From Bacteroidia bacterium (lineage in GTDB: Bacteria > Bacteroidota > Bacteroidia > J057 > JAIXKT01): DNA of 64,000 bases. Below, one piece after another: positions 7,926 to 16,480 of this stretch; position 1 is the stretch's first letter, and every line of letters starts with the position of its first letter. Made by a program: the position numbers and the translations under genes. The notes beneath the pieces are model-generated. The model was not told where the DNA came from, made no database searches, and saw only the letters and a list, made by a program, of their open reading frames with translations. The stretch covers positions 45,786 to 109,785 of the forward strand of contig JAIXKT010000001.1 in NCBI GenBank assembly GCA_026932145.1. The letters are read 5' to 3'.

Positions 7926-8919
7926 TTTTTGTAATTTTGGTGTTAGGGTTTAAGTCCATTGGTGCGGTCAAATGCCAAAACACCTTTTTAGATGTAGGTT
8001 CCTCAATAAAATCTTTTGTTTTTGGAATATCTAAACTAAACGTTGCTAATGCTTCTTTTTTATTTAGTTCCATTGCTGTTTTTTCAAAACCGCTTATGCT
8101 TAAATATTCTTTCTTCAATACTTCATTCAGCAACCAATTACGCCATTTTTTTGCATCTTCTTTATCGTAAGGCATTAACGGCAGATTTTGAATTAGAACT
8201 TCAAAGCCGTTCCATTTAGAAGCGAAATTTTTATCTTCAAATGTTTTTCTGACTTCATCGCTCAACCTGTCAAAACGAATACAGTAACGCTTTTTATCGT
8301 TATCCCATTCAGGTAAAATTTCAGAAATAATTTTTTGAATGTCTTTATCGCTCGGAATTGCTTCGTTTTTGACGTTCGCTGCTCTATCTTTATTTCCTAA
8401 TTGTCCACTGAAAATGTAATGTGATTTTTCAAGATTTTCCCAAACCCAAGAAAAATGAATTTGGTCGTTGCTGTTGTTCACATTACCAAATACTTCATCT
8501 GAAACCAAATTTAACTTTGTGTATTTGTTTTCGTCTGTCGGTAAAAGAAAATGTCCTTTTCTGTCAAGTGAAATTTGATTACGAATTTCATCTTTTGCGT
8601 TTGGTTGTAATCTTCTGAAATAAAAAACAATATTCTTAAAAAACGAATCACTTTGTGTAAACCAAATTTGATACTTGCCTTCTTCGGAAACAAACATTTT
8701 TCCTGTTTCTTTTACCGCATTGCCAAATTTTGTGAGTTGATAATGTTCATCAAAAACACCAATGTTTTTCAAATAATCTTTAATTCTGGTTTCAATCAAA
8801 GGTTCAAAGTGTTTTCCATTCAAATATTCTTGAATGTCTTTACGCAATTCTTCTTTCTGAAAACGCAAATACGCTTGTGCAGAATTGAGTTTGATATTTT
8901 TATTTAGCGTTACTTTCAT
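7915..8919 (-). CDS. 334-aa hypothetical protein with no recognisable family, embedded in the island operon
   Basis: Long uninterrupted ORF that overlaps the genes on both sides (ATGA overlap at 8916-8919, 11-nt overlap at 7915-7925). I can identify no catalytic or NTP-binding motifs. Confidence 0.6.
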   Translation of the reverse strand: MKVTLNKNIKLNSAQAYLRFQKEELRKDIQEYLNGKHFEPLIETRIKDYLKNIGVFDEHYQLTKFGNAVKETGKMFVSEEGKYQIWFTQSDSFFKNIVFYFRRLQPNAKDEIRNQISLDRKGHFLLPTDENKYTKLNLVSDEVFGNVNNSNDQIHFSWVWENLEKSHYIFSGQLGNKDRAANVKNEAIPSDKDIQKIISEILPEWDNDKKRYCIRFDRLSDEVRKTFEDKNFASKWNGFEVLIQNLPLMPYDKEDAKKWRNWLLNEVLKKEYLSISGFEKTAMELNKKEALATFSLDIPKTKDFIEEPTSKKVFWHLTAPMDLNPNTKITKNGN

Positions 8920-11900
8920 AATTTTTTCGTGTTTTTGGCTAATGCTCTTAAATCTTCTGAATTGGATTTCTGGCTGTAATAATAGTAACTGCCAATGATT
9001 ACCAACTGAAATTTTGCTCTTGTAATTGCGACATTTAAACGATTTGGATTATCTAAAAATCCGTCTCGGTTTGTTTGAACCATTGATAAAAAAACCACGT
9101 CTGCCTCTTGCCCTTGAAATTTATCTACTGTGTGCAATTTGATATTTACACGATGTTTGCCATTTATGATGTTGAAATTGGCATATCCGTTTTCGTTGCC
9201 TGTGAGTTTTTGTAGTTCTTCACGAAGCAAAGTTTCTTGCCCTCTGTAAAAAGTCAAACACGCAACCGACCACTCTTTGCCCTCTGGCTGTGCATTGTTT
9301 TTTGCGTATTCCAAAAACTGCTTTAGTTCTTTCATCAACACTTTTACTTCGTTTGGATTTTTACCTTTAACAGTATTTCCTTTTACATCAAGCCAAACTT
9401 TACGTTGTGGATATTCGTTGTAATTCCATTGGCGTAAATTCTCAATCGTGTTTGGGTGTTGCAAATCCAATAAAGCATTTTCCGATTGATAAAATTGTTC
9501 TCTTGGAAACTTTGAAATGTCGGGATGCATACGGTGTTGATACTTCAACGTTGTTTTGCGGTGTTGAATATCGTATTGATTAAAACCTTCCGAAATGGTT
9601 GATTCAAATTTCAATTTCCTGCCCGAAATCCCTTTTACCAACGATTCTAATATCGAGGGAAATGCCATCGAAGCAATCGTATTGATTTGTTCTTCAACTT
9701 TTTCTTTGTCCAACGATTTTGGAATAAGCTCTTCAATCGCTTTGCCGTAACTGCCTTTTAATTTACTGTTTTTGGTAAGGCGAATTTGATGTTCTCTGTC
9801 CACACGCCAAGCAATTTCTTCCGCCCAACTTTTCTCGGAGAAATGCGTATTTACCGATTCAACAATCTCAAAACTATTTTCAAATTCTCGTCCTTTTTCT
9901 TTGTGCTGAAACGAATGTTGTTGCTGATAAACGTTATGAATAAAAGCGTGTTCACTTTCTTCCCATTTTGTACTTCTCAAAACTGCGTGGATTTCGGGAA
10001 TTAAATGCAGATTTTGTTCCAATAAATTCTTATCGATAAAAATTAAATCTGCACTTGCCAAGAGAAGTTTAGAACATTGATTAATATTTCCTTTATGGAC
10101 GAGATAAATGATTTTATGTTCAAATTCCTTCTTCTGCCGGAGTTTCAATTCTTTTGAAATTTCAACTAGAACTTTAAAATCAACAGACAAAACAAATTTA
10201 TTGTGTTTACTTCGCAAAATCTCATTTACTTTTTGTAAATAAAAAACAGCTTGTTGCAATTCAGTAGAAATATGCTTCTCGCCAATGCTTAATTGTTCAA
10301 TGTTTGAAACAATTTCTTCTCGGTCTGTAAATGGCGAAAGTTGCATTACATCGCCCACTAAGATCCATTTCTTAGCATACAATGCAGGAACAAGAAATTC
10401 TTGAAATGTCGTTTTACTGCTTTCGTCAATTATCAGATAATCAAATTCGGGAACGATTGGCTCGTTACTGAAATACCTCAATTTTCCTGTTTCGTCTTTC
10501 TTTGCTACACCTTTTCGCAATTTGAATTTCGGGTGTTGTAAAATGCCTATGGTTGTCCCGCAAACAAGGTTTGAAATATCAAGCAACAACTTTTCATCAA
10601 TAGAATTTTCCTCAATCAAATTGTTTATCTGAAATTCTTTGATGTCTTCGCTAATACGTTGTTCATCGCCTATACGAACAGGAAGAATATGAAATTGCTC
10701 TAAAAGATGGGTTCCGTTCTTCTTTTCTTTCAAACGCTCCAAAACATTATCAATAGCAACGTGAGTAGAGCCGCAAAGCAAAACTCGTTTGCCTTGTTTG
10801 GCTAACTGACAAATCAATTCTAAAATAACCGTTGTTTTTCCCGAACCGGGCGGACCTTCCAAAATTGCAAAATCAGGTGTATTGATTGCCTGATGAATAA
10901 ATTGACGTTGTTCTTGGCTTCCACTTCTTGATTCATCAGTAATGACAAACCATTCTCTTATTCTATCTTTTGTTGGTTGTTGCCATTCGCTTCGTTCTCT
11001 GTTTTCAAAAAGTTTTATGAGCTTAGCGTGTTCGCCAACAGGCATACGCATTAGCGTGCTAATGGCTTCAATTTGTTTGCGTAATTGGTAAGTGTTGACT
11101 TTTACGGTAAGAATAGAATTGTCGGGTGGAAAAGTAAATTGCGGATAACCTTTTTCATTTCTCTTTTTAAGAACAATACGATTTTCTGATTCAATTCCTG
11201 CACCAACTTGATATTTGTTTTTCTTGTCATCTTCAATTTCAATTCCGTCATCAAAAAAGTATTTCAATGGCGAAAAACCCGGAATGTCATCGTTCGCATT
11301 GTCGTCTAATTCTTCAAGTTGAATCCAATAAGCGTCTTTGCTGTTTTTTCTTGTATTCTCAATTTTGAATTTCAGTTTGTCGCAGATAACCGTTTTGCCA
11401 AAATCGTTCGTGTCCGAAAGTGTGATGTTTAAATCATCGTTTCTGGTTGCGTTTAGTGTTTTACCATTTTCAAATTTCAGATTTTTAAAATTAATAAAAC
11501 TACTAAGTTTTCTGTGTTGAATTTCGGTTGCGTTGTCGTTTGGCTTTTGTTCAGTATAAACAATGTAACGCTGTTGTTCTTCTCTGATGATTGTTCCCTT
11601 TGGTTCTTCCGATTGAATTACTTTGTATTTTAATGGTTGATTGTTCCAAAACAACATTTCATTTTCTATTGGTAAAACGTCAAACACAATATTATTGCCA
11701 TTTGCAGAAACTATTTTATGAACGCTTGCACTACCCATAATGCTTGTAGTTTCCTGCATTTCAGTTGCAATACTTTCATCAATTTGTACGATTGTTTGTT
11801 TTGGAACGTCAAACAATTTTCCAATCAAACGCAATTCCGCAATATTTTCCGTTTTTACTTTTTTGAATTTTGCTTTTATATTTTCTTTCTTCTCTAAAGC

Positions 11901-12038
11901 TGCAATGGCGTTTTGCAAATAAGTTTCAAACGGTTCAAATGCACGTCTTGCAGTGTTACGAATACCTTCAGAAACGCTGTAATTTGTATTTATGTCTAAT
12001 TCCTTTTCCTTCGGAAGATTGAAATAGTAATACTGCAT
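8916..12038 (-). CDS. Upf1/DNA2-NAM7-like superfamily-1 helicase (AAA_11/AAA_12 type) with an unknown ~380-aa N-terminal domain
   Basis: Motif I is EGPPGSGKTT (about nt 10833-10856) and Ia is RVLLCGSTHVAIDNVLERL. Motif II is DYLIIDESS, III is LVGDVMQLSPF and IV is YQHRMHPDISKFPREQFY. Motif V is VDKFQGQEADVVFLSMV and VI is RLNVAITRAKFQLVIIG. Confidence 0.85.
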   Translation of the reverse strand: MQYYYFNLPKEKELDINTNYSVSEGIRNTARRAFEPFETYLQNAIAALEKKENIKAKFKKVKTENIAELRLIGKLFDVPKQTIVQIDESIATEMQETTSIMGSASVHKIVSANGNNIVFDVLPIENEMLFWNNQPLKYKVIQSEEPKGTIIREEQQRYIVYTEQKPNDNATEIQHRKLSSFINFKNLKFENGKTLNATRNDDLNITLSDTNDFGKTVICDKLKFKIENTRKNSKDAYWIQLEELDDNANDDIPGFSPLKYFFDDGIEIEDDKKNKYQVGAGIESENRIVLKKRNEKGYPQFTFPPDNSILTVKVNTYQLRKQIEAISTLMRMPVGEHAKLIKLFENRERSEWQQPTKDRIREWFVITDESRSGSQEQRQFIHQAINTPDFAILEGPPGSGKTTVILELICQLAKQGKRVLLCGSTHVAIDNVLERLKEKKNGTHLLEQFHILPVRIGDEQRISEDIKEFQINNLIEENSIDEKLLLDISNLVCGTTIGILQHPKFKLRKGVAKKDETGKLRYFSNEPIVPEFDYLIIDESSKTTFQEFLVPALYAKKWILVGDVMQLSPFTDREEIVSNIEQLSIGEKHISTELQQAVFYLQKVNEILRSKHNKFVLSVDFKVLVEISKELKLRQKKEFEHKIIYLVHKGNINQCSKLLLASADLIFIDKNLLEQNLHLIPEIHAVLRSTKWEESEHAFIHNVYQQQHSFQHKEKGREFENSFEIVESVNTHFSEKSWAEEIAWRVDREHQIRLTKNSKLKGSYGKAIEELIPKSLDKEKVEEQINTIASMAFPSILESLVKGISGRKLKFESTISEGFNQYDIQHRKTTLKYQHRMHPDISKFPREQFYQSENALLDLQHPNTIENLRQWNYNEYPQRKVWLDVKGNTVKGKNPNEVKVLMKELKQFLEYAKNNAQPEGKEWSVACLTFYRGQETLLREELQKLTGNENGYANFNIINGKHRVNIKLHTVDKFQGQEADVVFLSMVQTNRDGFLDNPNRLNVAITRAKFQLVIIGSYYYYSQKSNSEDLRALAKNTKKL

Positions 12039-12039
12039 A

Positions 12040-13596
12040 CTAAATAAAAGGATTATTGTAAGATTCTTGTTTCAGCTTTGGAGTGTCTTTGTCTTTGTCC
12101 TCCAATGTTTCGGGTTCGCTTGTTGAAGCTGAAACAGCACGGCTTTTTGCCCACAAACGCATTTTAGAAATTGTTTCGTGCATTGTTCTTGAAAGCGGAA
12201 ATGTTTTTCCGATTGCTTCTAAAATATGTTCGTTGGTAACTTCTTTTTCTTCATCATACGCTTGAAAAAGAGCTTCTTTTATAACTTCTTCCAATTCTGC
12301 ACCCGAAAAGCCTTTGCTTGCTTCTGCAAGTTTCTTTGTGTCAAATTTGCTTTCTTGTCGGTTTTTCTTCTTCAAATGTATTTTGATAATTTCTTCACGT
12401 TCTTTTTCGGTTGGCAAATCCACAAAGAAAATTTCATCTACACGTCCTTTACGAAGTAATTCGGGCGGTAATTGCGAAATGTCATTGGCTGTTGCCACCA
12501 CAAAAACAGGTTTTGTTTTTTCTTGTAACCAGGTTAAAAATGTTCCCAAAACTCTTGCTGTTGTTCCTCCGTCAGAACTTCCCGAAGATGAAATCCCCGA
12601 CATTCCTTTTTCAATTTCATCAATCCATAAAATACTTGGTGCGATTGCTTCGGCAATGTTTAACGCTTCACGAATATTCTTTTCAGATTCGCCAACAATT
12701 CCACCAAATATTTTTCCCATGTCCAAACGCAACAACGGAAAATACCAAAGGTTTCCAACCGCTTTAGCCGTTAAACTTTTTCCTGTTCCGGGTATTCCCA
12801 ACAGCAAAATTCCTCTTGGATAAGTCAAACCAAAATCTTTTGCACCTTTATCAAAACCTCTGCCACGTTTGGTTAGCCAATCTTTCAAATTTGCTAAACC
12901 GCCAACGTCTTTCATTTCTTCTTTAGGGTGGTAATATTCCAAGTAACCACTTTTTTTGATTACGTTTTCTTTCTCACGAATAATCAAAGGAACTTCAGCG
13001 CCTGTCAAACTTTCGTTTTCGATGTAAGCCAATGCAAATGCTTTTTCAGCTTCCATAATTGTCAAACCCAAAGCAGATTCAATCAATTCATTGTCGGGAT
13101 TGTCAGCGTTTGGAATGTTGTGTGCTGTGCAAACTTTTTTGTAAATGGCTTTGATGTCTTCGAAATTTGGGAAAGGTAAATCCAAAATATGAACATCTTT
13201 TTCTAATTCACTTGGCAGTTGCAAAAATGGCTGTGAAAAAACTAATGTTTTATCTTGTGAGTTTTGTAAGGCAATGTTTCGGAATGTTTTTATCATTCTC
13301 GGTTTGTCTGCTGTCAAGTCGGGATAAAAATCTTCTAACAACAAAATCAAATTTTCTTTCTCTTTGAAAAAATCAAGAACCGTATCAGGTAGTTGTTTTT
13401 CTTCATCTTCAATTTCAAAACTTCGTTTTTTCTTGTCCCACTTTTTAATTCCTTCAACTCTGTTCCAAATGAACAAGTCTTTATCTAATTCATTCGCGGT
13501 CTTTACCAACATACCGTGTACACGATGTGTTTCGTAACTGATTATTTGAATCAATTTTGTATTTGCTTTTACAAGGTTAATCAATTTTGTTTCCAT
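12040..13596 (-). CDS. Classical-clade AAA+ ATPase (CDC48/FtsH/SpoVK-like single AAA module) with an unknown ~230-aa N-domain; first gene of the island operon
   Basis: Walker A is GIPGTGKS (about nt 12775-12798) and Walker B is ILWIDEIEK. The sensor/SRH region is VVATANDISQLPPELLRKGRVDEIFFVDLP. An acidic/lysine-rich C-terminal tail follows. Confidence 0.85.
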   Translation of the reverse strand: METKLINLVKANTKLIQIISYETHRVHGMLVKTANELDKDLFIWNRVEGIKKWDKKKRSFEIEDEEKQLPDTVLDFFKEKENLILLLEDFYPDLTADKPRMIKTFRNIALQNSQDKTLVFSQPFLQLPSELEKDVHILDLPFPNFEDIKAIYKKVCTAHNIPNADNPDNELIESALGLTIMEAEKAFALAYIENESLTGAEVPLIIREKENVIKKSGYLEYYHPKEEMKDVGGLANLKDWLTKRGRGFDKGAKDFGLTYPRGILLLGIPGTGKSLTAKAVGNLWYFPLLRLDMGKIFGGIVGESEKNIREALNIAEAIAPSILWIDEIEKGMSGISSSGSSDGGTTARVLGTFLTWLQEKTKPVFVVATANDISQLPPELLRKGRVDEIFFVDLPTEKEREEIIKIHLKKKNRQESKFDTKKLAEASKGFSGAELEEVIKEALFQAYDEEKEVTNEHILEAIGKTFPLSRTMHETISKMRLWAKSRAVSASTSEPETLEDKDKDTPKLKQESYNNPFI

Positions 13597-13609
13597 TAGA
13601 CTTTATATA

Positions 13610-14028
13610 GGATGCGTTCTATAAATCCCCATTTTTTGAGATCTTGTATGTGTCGTTTTATTGTTGCTGTGGAGCAAACTGTTTCTTGAGCAAATGATTT
13701 TCATTAAGCAATAAGTTTGAAAGAAAATGGATCAAAAATTCTTCTGTTTGATGAATACAACAGTTAGCTCACCCAATATTTCAGCGATGCGTGCTGAAAC
13801 TTTATCGGCTTCTTCGGTACGGTTTTCGTTTGTTTTAGATAGGTGCTGTTGATAGTAACTATCAATACGTTTTTTTACTTCGTCAATGGTGATGTTACCT
13901 TCAATGTTTTGTTTGGCAGTTTTAATCAAGTAGTCTGACGGTTTTAGGCCGATAGCTATTTTCCAAACTTTTACTTTTTCTGCTTTGCTTGGTTCGTTTT
14001 GTCTTAAATATTCATCAAAGTTTTCCAT
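13610..14028 (-). pseudogene. Truncated, stop-interrupted fic-family gene (N-terminal region only)
   Basis: MENFDEYLRQNEPSKAEKVKVWKIAIGL..SDYLIKTAKQNIEGNITIDEVKKRIDSYY...RTEEADKVSARIAEILGE matches the N-terminal region of a widespread Bacteroidota/Proteobacteria Fic family. The frame hits a stop at 13732. It then continues in frame to ...THTRSQKMGIYRTHPI*, reminiscent of IHxxLFxGIY. The HPFxxGNGR core is absent, and the remnant ends 14 nt before the AAA+ start codon. Confidence 0.6.
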
Positions 14029-14133
14029 TATGGTAGTTAAAAATGGTTTTTTAAAATACTCCTCAAAACGAAAGCAAAGAATGACTAACTATCCGGCTTT
14101 ATCTAAAAATCCTGATATTGTGTAGTCAAGATT

Positions 14134-15015
14134 TTAGTTGGACGTAGCAAATGCAGGGCGAAACACAAAAAATCCGGTAATGGTTGTTCTGTTTCCTAAG
14201 TAGCTGCAAAAGTCTTCTTTAAAGACCACTTTTTTCTTGAGCATGGAGGCATGCGAAAATTTTAGTTCGTCATTATCACGACTGATAAAGCCGCAATGAG
14301 ATACGTCTAAGCCGGCAACGTTGGTAGCTAAGGCTATGATGTCTCCGGTTTTAGCTACTGCGGCATAGCGGTCGTATTCATGTATCGGATAATAAAACTT
14401 TTTGCGGGCGTTTAGCCGTTCTTCTTGTTTGCTGATTCTATCCCAATTTGTGAATCCTCTGAATTTCTTTTTGTTACTGGAAATGTAGTGGATTTTTTTG
14501 TCAAATATAAAGCCATTTTGTGCGGCAACATCATAGAGTAGTCCGGCATCTTGCATTTGGTATAGTTGGTCTGTAAAGTAGGTGATGCGGTCTTCCCACA
14601 CACAATTTACTCCATTATAGTAGCGGAAGTTGTCTAAATAAGAAACGAATTGGCCGAGCAGCAGTTCTTCATCGGATTGTGCCTTAGGATGAGTGGCTAA
14701 CCAACGTTTGGTTAGCAAAATAGCCCAAGCTGTTTCGATAAAGGTTACGCAGTTAAGTTCATGGATGTTGATCAATGTTTTGCCCGGTTTTAACCCCCAT
14801 GCACCGGCACCGTATTTTTTCCCGATAAAATTATACAGAATACCTTCTATATCATACTCAAAGTCAAAGCAATCACCGTTTTCACGGATGATATTCAACA
14901 CAGCGTCTTTGGAGTCTCCTACGACAAGGCAACGCTCTAACAGCTCGTCAGAATTTGCCTGAATGGGATTGAATAATAAGCCAAAGCACCCTAACAATAA
15001 AAACTTCCACTTCAT
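14134..15015 (-). CDS. DUF1460-like putative amidase / cell-wall hydrolase, secreted
   Basis: Signal peptide present. The INIHELNCVTFIETAWAILL segment fits my recollection of the DUF1460 N-terminal Cys motif. 293 aa. Confidence 0.5.
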   Translation of the reverse strand: MKWKFLLLGCFGLLFNPIQANSDELLERCLVVGDSKDAVLNIIRENGDCFDFEYDIEGILYNFIGKKYGAGAWGLKPGKTLINIHELNCVTFIETAWAILLTKRWLATHPKAQSDEELLLGQFVSYLDNFRYYNGVNCVWEDRITYFTDQLYQMQDAGLLYDVAAQNGFIFDKKIHYISSNKKKFRGFTNWDRISKQEERLNARKKFYYPIHEYDRYAAVAKTGDIIALATNVAGLDVSHCGFISRDNDELKFSHASMLKKKVVFKEDFCSYLGNRTTITGFFVFRPAFATSN

Positions 15016-15091
15016 AGATACCGATGTTTGTAGCTATTACGCAAAACTACGAATACTATGCCAAAGATTCAATAAAATGTGGGTTTTTTGT

Positions 15092-15123
15092 GGAAAAACT
15101 ATAATTAAGATAAGATTATAGTT
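15092..15123 (-). terminator. Weak AT-rich hairpin plus T-tract downstream of the TolC-like gene
   Basis: On the minus strand AACTATAAT-(9 nt)-ATTATAGTT is followed by TTTTTCC. The stem has only 2 G:C pairs. Confidence 0.3.
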
Positions 15124-15139
15124 TGGTTTTGTGAATTAT

Positions 15140-16480
15140 CTATTCTAATAGAAGTCCTTGTGCTTTGAGTAAGTCCACTTTGGCAATATTTACTTCTAAG
15201 AGTGCATTCAGATAATTGATTTCAGATTCTTTGCGGCTTGCATCTGCATTTACTATATCCAGAATCATGCCGGTGCCTTTGTCGTATTTTACTTTGGCTA
15301 AACGATAAACTTCTTGGGCGAGTTCTAAATTACGCTGCTGAATTTCTACACTGCGAATGCTGTTGTTGTAGGTAGTAACGGCGTTTTTGAGTTCTAACTG
15401 GACTGCCAGCGTAAAGTTTTGTTGGTCAAGTTCGTTCTTTTTTATAGCAACGTTGGCTTGTTCTACTCGGCTTTTACGCCTTAGTCCGTCAAAAATTGGT
15501 AAGGTAAGCCGAAAACCTACAACACCGGTAGCAAACCAATTTCTCTTAGTATCAAAATAAGAGAATTCATTTCGCATAGCTTGGGAGGAAATACTTCCAA
15601 AAAGGTATAGCGTAGGGACAAATCCGGCTACATGGCGCAATCTATCTAAATTATAGAGTTTATTTTGGATTTTAAGCAGTTGAAACTCTACTCGTTTTTC
15701 AATATCTACGGATGCCTCTACTAAGTTGAGCGCAGTTGGGGTTGTGGTTAAGGTGTCCGTCAAAACTAAATCTGATCCTAAATCCATCCCCATTTGAAAC
15801 TTTAGGAGGTTTAAACTCAACGTTACTAATTGCTTGGCTTTTTCGTATTCTGTTTTTAAGTTATTGATAGTAACTTCAATTCTATCTAAGTCAATTTTTT
15901 CAACGACCCCGCCTTGGTATAGTTTTTCAGTATCTATTTTTAGTTTTTGAAGTTTTTCTAAGTTTGCTTCAATCAGTCCTATTCGTTTTTGGTTCACTAA
16001 GCAGTTATAGTACGCTTTTTGGATAGCAGCTACGGTTTCTGTTTGGCTGCGTTCGGTAGCTTTTGAAAATAGATAAACGACATTACGAGCTGCCGCAAGC
16101 CCTACAAAGAAATCGCCGTCAAAAGCTAACTGGGTAAAATCAAGGCTGGCCGTTGTATTGTATTTAGTACCAAACTGAATGGGAATCATCGTTCCTTCAG
16201 GAGCCATAGGGTTGAAGATTTTGGCCGGAATTAGTGATGTGGGTAGCTGTACAAAATATTGAGAGTTAATCGTTGCATTAATTTGCGGTAAGCCAATGCC
16301 CATTATTTCTCGGGCAAAGTAGGTAACGCTATCCAGCGTTAAGCGAGCAGAACGTACTTCAGATTTGTTTTCCAAACCAAATTGAGTACATTCTTTGATA
16401 GAAAATTTGTGAGTCTGGCCAAATGCAGCATTTAATATTGTTGCTAAAATAATAGCAATACTTTTAGTTAGTGGTTTCAT
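15140..16480 (-). CDS. TolC-family outer-membrane efflux protein
   Basis: 446 aa with a signal peptide and two OEP-type coiled-coil/beta-barrel repeats. Its start overlaps the stop of the TetR gene. Confidence 0.8.
   Translation of the reverse strand: MKPLTKSIAIILATILNAAFGQTHKFSIKECTQFGLENKSEVRSARLTLDSVTYFAREIMGIGLPQINATINSQYFVQLPTSLIPAKIFNPMAPEGTMIPIQFGTKYNTTASLDFTQLAFDGDFFVGLAAARNVVYLFSKATERSQTETVAAIQKAYYNCLVNQKRIGLIEANLEKLQKLKIDTEKLYQGGVVEKIDLDRIEVTINNLKTEYEKAKQLVTLSLNLLKFQMGMDLGSDLVLTDTLTTTPTALNLVEASVDIEKRVEFQLLKIQNKLYNLDRLRHVAGFVPTLYLFGSISSQAMRNEFSYFDTKRNWFATGVVGFRLTLPIFDGLRRKSRVEQANVAIKKNELDQQNFTLAVQLELKNAVTTYNNSIRSVEIQQRNLELAQEVYRLAKVKYDKGTGMILDIVNADASRKESEINYLNALLEVNIAKVDLLKAQGLLLE

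Noticed and set aside
4798-13596. Interpreting the island operon as a Mokosh system (SF1 helicase plus PLD).
   Set aside because: The PLD-like resemblance in the 637-aa protein is weak and lacks the catalytic His. The AAA+, rSAM, DUF1257-like and DUF2997-like genes are not part of Mokosh as I know it. I kept it as a comparison, not a call.
13732-14028. The 98-aa ORF as a functional VbhA/FicA-type antitoxin.
   Set aside because: It aligns to the N-terminal region of full-length Fic proteins, not to the stand-alone antitoxins. I could not find the (S/T)xxxE(G/N) inhibitory motif at the right spacing. Decayed Fic-like sequence continues in frame after its stop.
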